A stretch of DNA of 63,916 nucleotides, filler included, from Ministeria vibrans ATCC 50519 (GCA_943704425.1; 6 parts of 6 records of this genome joined end to end with filler, not necessarily neighbours in it), one strand, 5' to 3'. Shown: positions 15,031-26,993, numbered from the whole stretch's first letter. Notes: a model not told the origin generated them from the sequence alone. Numbers and translations: made by a program.

Positions 15031-16328
15031 AAGCCCGAAGCGCAAAAGCAGAAGAATGCGTTGCTGTTGTCAATGCAGGAAGCACCGTTTCCACAAGGGG
15101 ACGAAGAGCATTCGGTCATTGTGTCCGAGCACGTCGGCCCCGCAAACGGCGTTTGACAGGTACAACTAAACATCCCGAATCCGTCTGTGCAAGTACCATT
15201 GTTCTCACAGGGAAACGACGCGCACTCGTCAATGACCGTGTCACAGGTCACGCCAGTGAAGCCATTAGCGCAGTTACATATGAACATATTCGTGGCATCA
15301 GTGCATGTACTGCCCAATTCACAGGGTGACGAGGCACACTCATCGATGTTGATAGTGCACTGTGAGCCTGTAAAGCCCGGCGAACAGGTGCACATGTACG
15401 AGGCAGTACCGCCCGAACACGTACCAAACTCGCTGCAGGGCGATGAGCTACACTCATCAATGTCGATGGAGCAAGTAGAGCCTGTCAGGCCCGGAGGACA
15501 GGCGCATGTAAACTGTGCGATGCCATCGACACAAGTGCTGGCCACATCACAAGGCGACGACGCGCACTCGTCAATGTCCGAGTCGCAGAGCATTCCGCTG
15601 TAGCCGGAAGTGCAAGTGCAGAGAAAGGAACCTGGCGATGGGGTGGAGCAGTTCCCGAATGCACAAGGCGACGACGCGCACTCGTCAATGTCCGAGTCGC
15701 AGAGCATTCCGCTGTAGCCGGAAGTGCAAGTGCAGAGAAAGGAACCTGGCGATGGGGTGGAGCAGTTCCCGAATGCACAAGGCGACGACGCGCACTCGTC
15801 AATGTCCGAGTCGCAGAGCATTCCGCTGTAGCCGGAAGTGCAAGTGCAGAGAAAGGAACCTGGCGATGGGGTGGAGCAGTTCCCGAATGCACAAGGCGAC
15901 GACGCGCACTCGTCAATGTCTGAGTCGCAGAGCATTCCGCTGTAGCCGGAAGTGCAAGTGCAAGTGAACCCGTTTGCTCCATCTGCACAAGTTCCTGAGT
16001 TGTGACATGGTGACGATTCACATTCATCAACGTTTGTCTCGCAAACGGTCCCCGTGAAGCCTGAATCGCACACACACACAAATAGCCCTGGTGATGGTGA
16101 TGTACAGTTGCCTTGCTGGCATGGCTGCGACTCGCAGACGTCGAACAAGCTCTCGCAAAGCTCTCCGGTGAATCCCGCACCGCAAATGCAAGTGAATTGA
16201 CTCGCAGGCGAGCCAGGCACGCAGGTCGCGCCATTCATGCAGGGGCCCGTCTGACACATGCTGGCCGCCGGTGCAATGAGAATCGCGCACGCCAACGAGA
16301 GAATGAACAAGTTTTTTGAACACGTCAT
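14671..16328 (-). CDS. Secreted/surface protein with tandem calcium-binding EGF repeats (Notch/fibropellin-like), 3' truncated
   Basis: Intronless ORF. Signal peptide MTCSKNLFILSLACAILIAPAAS, then ~14 six-cysteine EGF units, most starting D(I/V)DEC. Confidence 0.92.
15549..15962 (-). repeat. 114-bp coding tandem repeat (38-aa EGF unit), ~3.5 copies
   Basis: tagccggaag recurs at 15601, 15715, 15829 and 15943; unit DIDECASSPCAFGNCSTPSPGSFLCTCTSGYSGMLCDS. Confidence 0.92.
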
Positions 16329-16647
16329 CAATGGAAAATATTTTTTTTCACAAAAAAATTCTTCACACGCCCCAAAAGTTTTTCAACACCCAATTGCCCA
16401 CAAGGCGAGTGAGCAGAAAGCCAAAGAGTCTGCTCTGTGTGTCAAGACGTTGCACGTGTTGCCCAAGCACTGCAAGACAGGTCAATAAAATTATTCACTT
16501 TTTTAAAAAACTTTTTGCAGAGCGATTAAAAGCAACCTCCGAAATCCGAATCTATAAAACGTTATAATTATAATAATTATTATTCTAATCTCGACAAAAA
16601 ATAATAATGGAGTTTTGATATATTATGTTTCTGAGGGATGTTTTCTG

Positions 16648-18324
16648 TTACAATAGTTTGAAAGTGGCGGGTTGGCGGCACCAGGGACACGAGACGGGTG
16701 CGGTCTTGGATACGGCACCGCGCCACTGCTTGGCACACTGGCGACATATTTTGTGCTGACACGGCTCAAGGACTACCCAACAAACACACACACATAGACA
16801 CATACACGCATATATGAGTTAGAAAAACACACACAACATCATTAAAGAACAACACAAGAGTCAACAACAAGAACAACACAAGAGTCAGTTACCCGTGTCA
16901 ACGGAATTGTCACAACACAGCCCACACGTTGTGTCATCCTCATCATCGAGGGGAATTCTGTCAGCCTCCGTGGTTGTCGTTGTGGCATCACCAGAACGAT
17001 GGACATCCTTCTCCTCCCCCTTTGCTGCAACGGTGGGCGTGAGTTCGGCCAGTTGTCGTGCAAGAGTTGCATTGAGTCGTTCGCGTTGTGTCTCCAGCTG
17101 CGCTCGCGCTGTGTCGACGCTTGCGCGAAACTGCTCGTGTGCTTCCATCAGTGCTTTGTGATGCACCACATGCAGTGCCACCAGGGGGCTTGTCTCGGCA
17201 TCCGTAGTCACAATCGGAAGGGCAGACGTATCGCTGAAACAAGAACTACGCCAAAGAAATAAGTGAACTTTCCAATCAGATAATGCAATAAGAATTACCG
17301 GTCGTTGAGTCTTGGGGAGAGAATGGGACATGGCGAATGCTGAACAGGTGAAGAATGAGTTGACAATGGTGCAGTGTGGGTAGGCAGTGCAAGAGGAACT
17401 GATGCCAGAGGCGGATTGTGAGCGGAAGGGAGCGGGTTGCTGTTGTGCGGTGGAAGGTTCTCCGAGACATGTTTGTCGCCCAGGAAGGGCGCAAGTGTCG
17501 CTATGAAGAAAGACAAACGACGTAGAGAAAATAAAGGCGCAACATCAACAATATGGAGATGGGCATACCGGCATCGTCAACGGTGATGCGAATAGAGAGC
17601 GCATTCGCAATGCGCAGCGTCAGGTGCCCGTCCCTATCCTCGCTCAGGCGCGTTTGCGTCTTGGGGACCACCAGACAGCCCTTGCCCAGGGCCCCCGTCG
17701 TGGACGCCCATATCCAATGGTGTGGAGCTTGCTGTAGCCTGCCCACCGACAGCGGTTGCTGCAGACCGTTCCATCAAAGAAAAAGTTTAGTCATTCGAGA
17801 CCTTGATTATCTATTTTTGTTTTTTGAAAACTGACCTCGTCCATTTCAAGTGTACCGCTGAGTGATGCCGTCACCTTAGACCGTAGCGACGAGTCTAGGG
17901 TGGTTCTACGCCAAGGCGTGAGACGTCGAAGCAGCAGGGACGACGGGTCGTCGCTGGGGACGATTGATGAATTTGAATTCGACGCAACGATCGGACTCGA
18001 TTCGCCGGTGAGTCCGGCAAAGCCAAAGCACGACTCGCGACGAAAAGCATCGTCCTCGTCGTCGCCAAGGACGTCCCCCACCACTCCACTGCGATCGTTT
18101 CCAGCGGCCCCAGTGCGCGCTTGAACTGAGCGAGCTGTGGCAGTCGCTTGCGAGCGATTTCGAAAGTTTTCAAACGAAAAACTCAATGCTGGTGTAAAGC
18201 CATCCGACTGACTAGGGCCGAACATCAAGCCATCCTCCTTGGAATCACCCAAAGGATCCGCTATTAGTCGCTCGGAGACTCCCTGCGACGTTGCCGAGTC
18301 ACCAAACGAGAAACCAAAGCTCAT
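16648..18324 (-). CDS. Protein with coiled coil and C-terminal C3HC4 RING finger (putative E3 ligase)
   Basis: Five exons splice in frame. The C-terminus reads CGLCCDNSVDTVLEPCQHKICRQC...SCPWCR. Confidence 0.75.
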
Positions 18325-18455
18325 CGAAAATAAAAAAAATATGAACTGTGAAGTGGATAAGTTTTAAAACTCATCGAATAATTCTCATAAATCGCAATTT
18401 CGCATTGTATTTAGTCGCGTGGTCTCACTGGTGGACTGACAGCCTGCCGTCTGGC

Positions 18456-21400
18456 ATGGGAGGAAGAGTCTCCAAGCTTCCGCAAGCGCGTCGGCGGTCC
18501 CAGTCGATCCGGCCGAGACGATCGTCTTCGCGCGCCTCCTTCCCTGACCGCCTGCAGCCGCACCAGCTGGCGCCGGCCGCATTGCTTGTGGCGCGTGCCA
18601 TTGAAAAGGCGACGGCCATTGGCAAGCAGACTGTCCGCGTGTTGGTGTGGCCCTGCGGTTGCGATGCGGTCAGCGCAGCCCACGCCATCAACACAGCGCT
18701 CCACGACGTTGACGACGGACGCCTCAGCCTGCTCCTTGTCCCTGTCTCCCTCTGCTTCACCGAACGCAGTCCCTGCGGTGTGCCCGACGCTATGCTGGAC
18801 ACCGTCGTGCGCACTGTCGACTCTGCAGATCTCGTCTTACTTGTTGTCGCTGCCGATGCGGCCGCCTCTGCCGACCCCGCTGCCTTTGAGCGCGCCTGCT
18901 ACGCCCGCGCACAGAGTCCGCATAGCAGCGACGCAGATGCGCTGTGGTTTGCCGCCGAGGTGCTTCAGGCTGCGTCCGATGCTCCTCCTGCGGTCTCACT
19001 GTCGGCGCTCGTCGCCAAACGCACTCTCCACAACGCCACTCCATTGCTCAGTGTCGCACTTGCGCCACAGAACCCAGAAGGACCCTCGTCGTCGTCCTCA
19101 ACTGCACCGCAACAGTCCAATGAGGCGGACAACCTGTGCGTGGAGTCGCGCTCTGTCGCCTCCCTTCCGCATCACCACAACACAACCGACCCACTGCGTG
19201 CTTGGCTCGCTCACACTCCCACAAGCGATGAGTGCGCTCAAGTGGCGTTGTCGTCGCCCAACGATTGTGCCGATGCGGTGCGCCGACTCATCAGTGCTGT
19301 GCGTGCTCCGCCGACACACGCGGACGACTTGGATGCGGCTCTATTTAACAGCGAAGCGCTCTTTGCAAGTCTGTGCCTTGACGACATTGCCAATGGCCAA
19401 GAGGAGCCCTTCTTTCACACACGTTTTATTCAAATCAGCAACGAAATTAAAGCACATTTTGCAGCAACCACATCGGGATCAACGTCAAGCAGCAGAAAAA
19501 ACCAAAACAACTGTGGGGGCGTTGTGCTACTCCTTGGGCCCGATGGCGTCGGCAAGGCAACGCTACTCGCTCGCTTTATCTGTCAACTCGAACTTCCCGT
19601 GCACGACCAGTCACAGCAGGTTGATCAGTGGGAGGATTGCGATACGGCCGCCTCGGAAACCCCACCGGGAATGGCTACGCCACACTGTCCAGCGCCACTT
19701 GTGCTCTCCTTCTTTGGTCGCACACCCGACCGCTTCACCCTTGTCTCATCCCTTGTCAATCAGCTCACACGCTGGTTGGGCCTTGCTGTTGCCCCCGTAT
19801 CACCTACAGTCAGCGAGGCGCGACACTTACTCGTGCAGCTCATGCACACAGCAGTCGCGTCGGCTCGCTGGTCGGCCGTCTACATTGTCGTGAGCGATAT
19901 TCATTTGTGCGCTCCCGACTGGCCGGACTGGCTGCCTCGCATGGCCGCACTCTGTGCCGTTCACATTCTGCTCTCAGGAAACAACATTGACGCGCCACAG
20001 AGTGTCGCGCACACGGCACATGTGCGTACCATCCGAGTGCCCCTTGTCAACCGCCTTGGCCGGCGTCACTTGGTGCGTGTGGCCCTTGACTCGCTTGGAG
20101 TGCAGCGTGACTCTCCGACACGCCGTTTAGACGAGGATTCATTGCCACAACGAAGCGAAGACAAAGACTGCACACACTGGCTTGACGGGGCCACTTCATT
20201 GCCACTTTGTCACCGTCTTGCACTGACTGCGGCGCGCTCTTGTCTCACGTGCGAAGCTGCACACAACTGTTACACCGCCGTTGTGTCCATGCCCACCTGT
20301 GAGGAGGTGGCCCTTGCTGCTCTGGACCAGTGTATGCGCCAGGCCGCCGCCGGCGAGTGCGCCGCTGCCATTGCCGATGTACTGGCGGCGCTAGTGTGCA
20401 CACGCTCCGGTCTCATTGAACGTCACCTCGTTGAGTGGTGCACCCACTGTGGCTACACGACGGGCACAGTGCACTTTGTACTCGCGACGCTGCATCCTTT
20501 GCTCGTTGCGAATGGCCGTCACATCCGCATTGCGCATCCCGTGGTGTGTACCGCTGTGTTGCGTATAGTCTTTGACAGCGACGACGATGGGTCGCGGGTG
20601 ATGCGCCACCGTCGTCGCCTCTGCGACTTTTTCGCCGCCCGTCTTGAGCAGGCAGCGGGACGACGGTCGATGCTCAGGCAGATTCTGCCAGAGCTTGGTT
20701 GGCTTCTCATGACCGTAGACGACGGTCGTGAGCAGCTGTGTGCCCTTCTGGCTGACCTGAGTGTATTTGAGACGCTCTATGCGTCCCATTTGCGTGAGCT
20801 CTTTATGCAACTGTGGCTGCACTGTCTTGAGTCAAACAGTGGCGGCGCCACCCTGGTGCGTGGCTACATGGCACAACTGCACGCCAAGGTACATAATGTT
20901 GAGCAAAGCGTGCGCTTGAAGGAAGAAGCAGATCATTCCGCGACTAGGTCAACCGATGTCATCGGTGACCAGGAGGGAATGGGAAGGGAAAAATGTGGTG
21001 TGGGTGTAGGGTCTTTGTCAGCTGCACGACGGACGGTCGCGTCGGAGCTGAAGGAGAAGCGACGAAGGTCGTCTCAGATGCTGGAGGAGGAAGTGTCGCG
21101 ACATCGTCGACACTCTCGACGGCTAGCGTCGGAGGAAGAGGGCGCAGTGGTGCCGGGAGAGGCGTCGTTGCCTGCGATGGCTGGCCAATACTATCGTGTG
21201 GCATGTTTCCTACTGGGCATGGGCGATGCATTTGGGGCGCTTGAGCCGCTGGGTCGTGCGGTGGAGTTGTACGAGCGGGTGTTTGGCGGAGGGCACTTGG
21301 ATGTGGCTACTGCTCTGAACAATTTGGCGATGGTTCACATGCGCGTGGGACAACTGTCGAGTGCACTGGAGCTGTACGAGCGGGCTCGTCGTGTGTACGA

Positions 21401-22913
21401 ACAGTACGCGGTAGTCAGGAAGGAGGCAACGACGACGACGAGCGCGGAGCAGGTGCTGGTGACGGGCGAACGAACGGGCTTTGATCGACGACGGTTGAGT
21501 TGGCGTCTATCGCAGCGGCGCAGGAAGAAGCAAGAGAAGAAGAAGAAAAGTATTAGTTGTGACACGTCGCAGCAAGACGAAGACGCCGTTGCTGTGGTGA
21601 GTCAACTGCACATTGCGACAACGGAGCATAACATGGGACTGGTCTGCGAGAAGATGATGCGACTGCGCGAGGCAGAGCGGTACTATGCGAGTGCGCTGGC
21701 AATGCGCGAGCGGCTGCTTGGCGTGATGCATGTGGACACGCTGGCGTCGCAGTGGTCACTTGCTGGGTTACTTGTGTCTCAGCTGCGCTGGGACGATGCG
21801 GTAGTCGTGTTGGAGGATCTCGTGGGGTTGCGCACGACGGCGCAGGGTGCGTGGCATCCAGGGACTGTGGACGCGCTGGAGGCACTGGGGCGAGTCTACG
21901 CGGCGCTTGAAGGGCGCTCTGATGACGCCTTGCGAGTGTTTCGCGACGTGTATCGCGTGCGTCGGGCGTCGGGCGACCCTGCGGCACTGGCGCGCACTGC
22001 ACATAATCTAGGGAGTGTTCTGGTGCGCGTTGGGCAACCAAATGAGGCGCGTGGGTTGCTGGAGGAGGCCATGCGCACGCAGGAGTCAACTTTAGGTGAG
22101 GTGCACTGCGACACGGCTGCGACTTGGTTGACGCTGGCGCGTCTGTCGCGAAGTGTGGGCGACACGAGTGGTGCGATGGCGCTGTATTTGCGTGTGATTG
22201 AGGCGCGTGAACGATGTGCTGGTGTCACTAATAGCGATCTGGAGCTCATGACGGCCCGCAGTGGCCTTGCCACGCTGTATTGTGCGGGGGCTCAAGGTGA
22301 GCAAGAACGAGCGCTCGAGCTGTATGCACTCGTGCTCGATGGTATGGGATCAGTGGCGGCGCGCGCTGGCGAGCGGGGACACCTGGCGGTGCAGTGGGCA
22401 CGTTTGAATCGTGCTGTGGTGTTGGGAAGCGCTGCGGAGGCACATGTAGCACTGGGACACAGTCAACAAGGGCTACAGATGTACGCTGAGGCGATGGCGG
22501 CTGCCGAGGTGGAGGAAGGTGAGACGCGAGGACGTCAGTGTGTGGTTGTGGCCGAGCTGTGCTCTCAGTACGCGACGCATCTGGTGTCGAGTGGTTGCGT
22601 GGAGGAGGCCGAGGAGCACTTGTATGCAACAGTACGCCAGCTGGACGCCAGTATTGCGTCGTTGTCGTTGACAACTGCAGAGAATGCGAGGGTGAACGCA
22701 CTGTTGCCGTCGTTGCTTACGAAGCTGGCACGACTATTGCGCATGCGCGGTGATCACGTTGCGGCCGATCTGCTAGACGAGCGAAACAAGTTGGATGACA
22801 ATAAGGTATCATCGAGGGACTCCCCGGCAACACACGAAGCTTACCTGCGCGAATTATCATTGCTCAATCTGCAAATTGCTTTGTCGCGTTCCGTTCGAGT
22901 GACACTTGTCTAG
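18456..22913 (+). CDS. Nephrocystin-3-like protein (N-myristoylation motif, P-loop/NACHT-like domain, TPR array)
   Basis: Single 4.46-kb exon starting MGGRVSK (MGxxxS). Contains LLGPDGVGKA (Walker A-like) and ELGWLL...LADLSVFETLY...LW, similar to NPHP3. Kinesin-light-chain-type TPRs such as HLDVATALNNLA. Confidence 0.7.
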   Translation: MGGRVSKLPQARRRSQSIRPRRSSSRASFPDRLQPHQLAPAALLVARAIEKATAIGKQTVRVLVWPCGCDAVSAAHAINTALHDVDDGRLSLLLVPVSLCFTERSPCGVPDAMLDTVVRTVDSADLVLLVVAADAAASADPAAFERACYARAQSPHSSDADALWFAAEVLQAASDAPPAVSLSALVAKRTLHNATPLLSVALAPQNPEGPSSSSSTAPQQSNEADNLCVESRSVASLPHHHNTTDPLRAWLAHTPTSDECAQVALSSPNDCADAVRRLISAVRAPPTHADDLDAALFNSEALFASLCLDDIANGQEEPFFHTRFIQISNEIKAHFAATTSGSTSSSRKNQNNCGGVVLLLGPDGVGKATLLARFICQLELPVHDQSQQVDQWEDCDTAASETPPGMATPHCPAPLVLSFFGRTPDRFTLVSSLVNQLTRWLGLAVAPVSPTVSEARHLLVQLMHTAVASARWSAVYIVVSDIHLCAPDWPDWLPRMAALCAVHILLSGNNIDAPQSVAHTAHVRTIRVPLVNRLGRRHLVRVALDSLGVQRDSPTRRLDEDSLPQRSEDKDCTHWLDGATSLPLCHRLALTAARSCLTCEAAHNCYTAVVSMPTCEEVALAALDQCMRQAAAGECAAAIADVLAALVCTRSGLIERHLVEWCTHCGYTTGTVHFVLATLHPLLVANGRHIRIAHPVVCTAVLRIVFDSDDDGSRVMRHRRRLCDFFAARLEQAAGRRSMLRQILPELGWLLMTVDDGREQLCALLADLSVFETLYASHLRELFMQLWLHCLESNSGGATLVRGYMAQLHAKVHNVEQSVRLKEEADHSATRSTDVIGDQEGMGREKCGVGVGSLSAARRTVASELKEKRRRSSQMLEEEVSRHRRHSRRLASEEEGAVVPGEASLPAMAGQYYRVACFLLGMGDAFGALEPLGRAVELYERVFGGGHLDVATALNNLAMVHMRVGQLSSALELYERARRVYEQYAVVRKEATTTTSAEQVLVTGERTGFDRRRLSWRLSQRRRKKQEKKKKSISCDTSQQDEDAVAVVSQLHIATTEHNMGLVCEKMMRLREAERYYASALAMRERLLGVMHVDTLASQWSLAGLLVSQLRWDDAVVVLEDLVGLRTTAQGAWHPGTVDALEALGRVYAALEGRSDDALRVFRDVYRVRRASGDPAALARTAHNLGSVLVRVGQPNEARGLLEEAMRTQESTLGEVHCDTAATWLTLARLSRSVGDTSGAMALYLRVIEARERCAGVTNSDLELMTARSGLATLYCAGAQGEQERALELYALVLDGMGSVAARAGERGHLAVQWARLNRAVVLGSAAEAHVALGHSQQGLQMYAEAMAAAEVEEGETRGRQCVVVAELCSQYATHLVSSGCVEEAEEHLYATVRQLDASIASLSLTTAENARVNALLPSLLTKLARLLRMRGDHVAADLLDERNKLDDNKVSSRDSPATHEAYLRELSLLNLQIALSRSVRVTLV

Positions 22914-23047
22914 TAAACTGTGTGTGTAAAACAACAACAAACTGTTTATACTTTTACTTTGACGGAGCTTTTGATGACTAAGGTTGTGACTTACCAGAGT
23001 TAGTTGTCAGAGCTCAGAAGTTTTGTTTTATTTTTACTTCTAGTTTT

Positions 23048-25144
23048 ATGACTGAGATTGTATCCGACTCACAGTTGGAGTTGCTCAATGTGGTTGGACG
23101 GGGCAGTTTTGGTGATGTTTACTCGGCGTAAGATGTGCATGTCGAACATCACTTACTCACACACAGAGAATGTGTGTCGACTCGTGCAATTGATTTCTTA
23201 CGTTACATGCTCTCCGTATAGGAGAAATAAGAGCAATGGAGAGACAGTGGCGGTGAAAGTGATCAATCTTGAGGTGAAACTGTGGCGCTTTGAGCATTCA
23301 GTTGAACTTTGACCTATTTTTCCAAACAGGGTTCCGAAGAGGACATTGATGTGGTGAAGAAGGAGCTGATACATCTGAGCGAGTGTAAACATCCCAACAT
23401 CACCAAGTGAGTGCCGTAAAAGCGTCCGTGGAGCAGTGTGGGGCGCAGTTGGACGCACTGACACTCTCCCGATCATTGTTAGGTATTTCGGGTCGTTTAA
23501 CAAAGGGTCAGATGTGTGGATTGTGATGGAATATCTTGCGGGGGGCTCTGCCTATGCACTGGTATGAGATGACGGTTAGATGGGAAAAGTTAATGCGTCT
23601 TTGTGCAGTACGAAGTGTGCACTTTTGACGAGACACAGATCTCGGTGGTGATGCGCGAAGTGCTCAAGGGACTGCGGTATCTGCACGAGAACAAGAAGAT
23701 CCATCGTGACATTAAAGGTAGTGGCGGAGAGCAAGGTGGTTGGAGGTGCTGAGATGGGCGTTGATGATTAGGTGCGAACATCCTGTTGGGCAGTGACGGG
23801 AGTGTCAAGTTGGGGGATTTTGGAGTGACGGGGCAACTGAGTGAAACAATGCTCCAGCGCAACACAGTTGTAGGAACGCCTTTCTGGATGGCACCGGAAG
23901 TAAGAAACAAGCAGAGACAGGGAGAGAGAAACAAAGTGTATGTATGTGTGTATGTGTGTTTGTGAATGTGACAGAGTGAAGGGATTAGAATGAGAGAATG
24001 TGTGTGAGTCACTCACTGACATCCTCTCTCTCTCTCTCTCTCTTTGTTGCGCTCAGGTGATTCTGCGGAGCGGGTACAGCACACCGGCGGACATCTGGTC
24101 GGTTGGAATCACTGCGATTGAGTTACTGCTCAAGAGCCCCCCGCTAGCGGCCGACTTCCCACCCATGAAAGCGATCTTTGAGATCCCCCGTCGTCGCCCC
24201 CCTTCGCTTGATGCTCACCCTAATGTCTCGTCGGCCCTGAAAGATTTTGTGCGTGTCACTCTGCAAAAGGATCCCACTCGAGTAAGTCCCAAAAAATTAG
24301 GGTTTCAGGTTTCTTTGCTTTCTTATGATTATGATTTTGTAGCGGCCGACGGCGAGTGCACTGCTTCAACACGCGTTTATTCCGAGCGAGAAAAAGAAGA
24401 AGATTGGGTTGGTGAAGACACTGATTGAGCAGGCGCACCAGCGCAGACTGCTCAACGGTGCAACACAGCTGCCGTCACGCCCGCACCAGCCGCCGCGTCA
24501 CGAGACGCGCCCCATTGACGAGTGGGTCTTTGATGAGACTGTGAGGATAGCAGATGAAGAGCAACCGTCGCGTGCGATTAATGAGGAGCCTGTAAGTGTC
24601 CCTGCAACCGTGCCCCATCGTGTCAGTATTGCTGTCCACGCCCAGATTGCATCCGCCGACCCCACCGAACAGAACGCCATCTCGTCGGTACGGTGGAATG
24701 TAGAAAAGAGTGAGGGAGAAATGCGGGGAAAGAACAATGTGGGTGTGTGTGTGCATATATATTATATAATTATAATTATATTATTCTATATATCAATGTG
24801 TGTGTGTGTGTGTATGTGTGTATGTGTGTGTGTGTTGTGTGTTTGTTGTGTGCATTCGTGTTAATATATTTATAATGTCTTTGTGGTGTGTATGCGTGAA
24901 AGGAGGAAGAAAAACAAAAGCAAAAAGTGATAGCTCGATTCCTTTGAATGGTTGATATTTGTCTTAGATTCGTGACGGATTTGCGGCTTTAAGTGAGTCG
25001 CGCGCTCTTGAACTTGTGCGCAGCCTTGCCTCGTCACTCTCCCTGTCGCCCGCCGCCTCAACCACAACAGAGAGTAATCCTCGTGGTGATGCGCTGGTGC
25101 TTCTGGATCGTTGGCAGCAGACGCTGGATGAGTTCCGGCGGTGA
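23048..25144 (+). CDS. STE20-family GCK-III (MST3/STK24/STK25-like) Ser/Thr kinase
   Basis: Spliced: [80 protein letters not shown]. Short helical C-terminal tail. Confidence 0.9.
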
Positions 25145-25249
25145 AATGAAACATGAACTGATTAATACTCTAAAAAATATTCGACTTGATCCATATAAGT
25201 AATTCCAGTTTAATATTACTCTCTCTTTCTGCCTGCCTGTGTGTGTACC

Positions 25250-26500
25250 ATGACTGAAAAGGCAGCTGTTGCTTCGCGCGACCTTGGGGCTGCGCGACAA
25301 GCCTACTCGCTTGGGGACATTGAGGTGCGTCTCATGCAACACTTGCCCGGTTCTGCCGCACTCCGCTGCCGCACGACTCTCCGCGTGTCCCCTTCGCCTT
25401 CCGCTGTGGCCATGCTGAGTCTAGCGAAAGCGCCCATTCCCTCGTGAAACTCTTGCGGTTATCCCTTTCCCGCTTTTTTTTTTTTTTTCTCTCTCCACTC
25501 TTTGAGTCTTCGCACTGCAAGCCGTCCCCCCTCCTCACCTGCACTTGGAGGGGGCAGTGACCGTGCGGAGAGCAGGGCCGTGTCGCGTCGGCGTAGCTGG
25601 GCTGCGAGTGGCGCCATGAGAGCGTCGTCGTCTTACGCAAACCCCATTCTTCTACTTGTAGCTCTCCCGTATCGCCCACGAGGCAGGAGCGCCCGAGAAG
25701 CACACCAAGGGCGGCGACCACATCCGCAGCGTGATTCTTGGCGGTCTGGATGGCATTATCACGACGTTTGCTGTGGTCTCGGCGGTGGCGGGCGCCTCGT
25801 TGGCGTCTCAAGTGGTGCTCATTATGGGCTTTGCCAACCTGCTGGCCGACGGCATCAGCATGGGCTTTGGCGACGCCATCAGTAGCAATGCCGAGCTGCT
25901 TTTTGTGAAGAAGGAGCGCGCGCGCGAGATGTGGGAGATGGAGAACAACCCTGAGGGAGAGATTCGCGAGATGATTGAGATTTACACGGCGGCGGGCGTT
26001 GAAGAACAGGACGCCGAGCTGATTCTCACGACGATGGCCAAGTACACAGACTTCTTCGTGGACCACATGCTGGTCTTGGAGTTGGGCATGATGCCGCCGG
26101 ACGACGACGACAACCCCTGGAAGGGCGGCTTTGTCACGTTTATCTCCTTCCTCATCTTCGGCACGATCCCCCTTCTCTCCTACGCCATCTTCAACACCAT
26201 CAACTTTAGCGGCTTTGACCCTAAATTTCTCATTGCCTGCATTCTCACTGGCTGTGCTCTCTTCTGTCTCGGTTCCTTTAACGTATGCGGAAACCAACAC
26301 AATATTAGGAAGTGTACTCATCTCTCTCCTCATCTCTCTCCCTGTTCTGTTTCACCCAGTCTCGTTTTAACAGCCAAAAGTGGTACATTGGTGGCCTCTG
26401 GATTCTGTTCAATGGCGGTGTGGCTGCCGCTGCCTCATATGTCATTGGGCTGCTCGTTTCAAAGATCGTCGGTGACGGCGACGAATGTTCTACTCCCTGA
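25250..26500 (+). CDS. VIT1/CCC1 family vacuolar iron/manganese transporter
   Basis: Three exons: SVILGGLDGIITTFAVV, GFANLLADGISMGFGD, ERAREMWEMENNPEGEIREM, FGTIPLL. Confidence 0.93.
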
Positions 26501-26957
26501 GTCATTTCTTAAATTAATCGATTGAAAAGGTTTTTTATTTTTGTCTTCTTGACCAAAAGGCCACCCCCATCTCACTCATCTGACCTCTCAGCAATACATC
26601 TCGAACGAACGCAGCGAAGATGTTAATCAATCATGTTCCCAAACGAACTAATAATAACTATAATCTATATTATGATTATTATCAAAAATCACACTTTTAC
26701 CATTCAGTGAGTCGCAGTACACCAGTGTGCTTCAAAACCCTCCTGTTGATTACGATTGTGCGCGATGCGGTCGCCTCTGGTTGTGGTCGTGGCTGTTGCG
26801 TCGCTCTCGCTGTGCACTCTCGCGACGGGCCACAGTGTGCTGGGCGCACGCCGCCCCCCGACAGTTGTGAAGAAGCTCACAGGTGTGGTCTATGAGGCTG
26901 TCATGCGGAGCGTGGTCTCTTCTGTGCCTTGCATTTGATGTAAATGTCGCTGACGCT

Positions 26958-26992
<35 letters not shown>

Positions 26993-26993
26993 G

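Noticed and set aside
25555-25560. CAGTGA as an iron-responsive element loop
   Set aside because: Flanks do not form the 5-bp upper stem with bulged C, and it is intronic.
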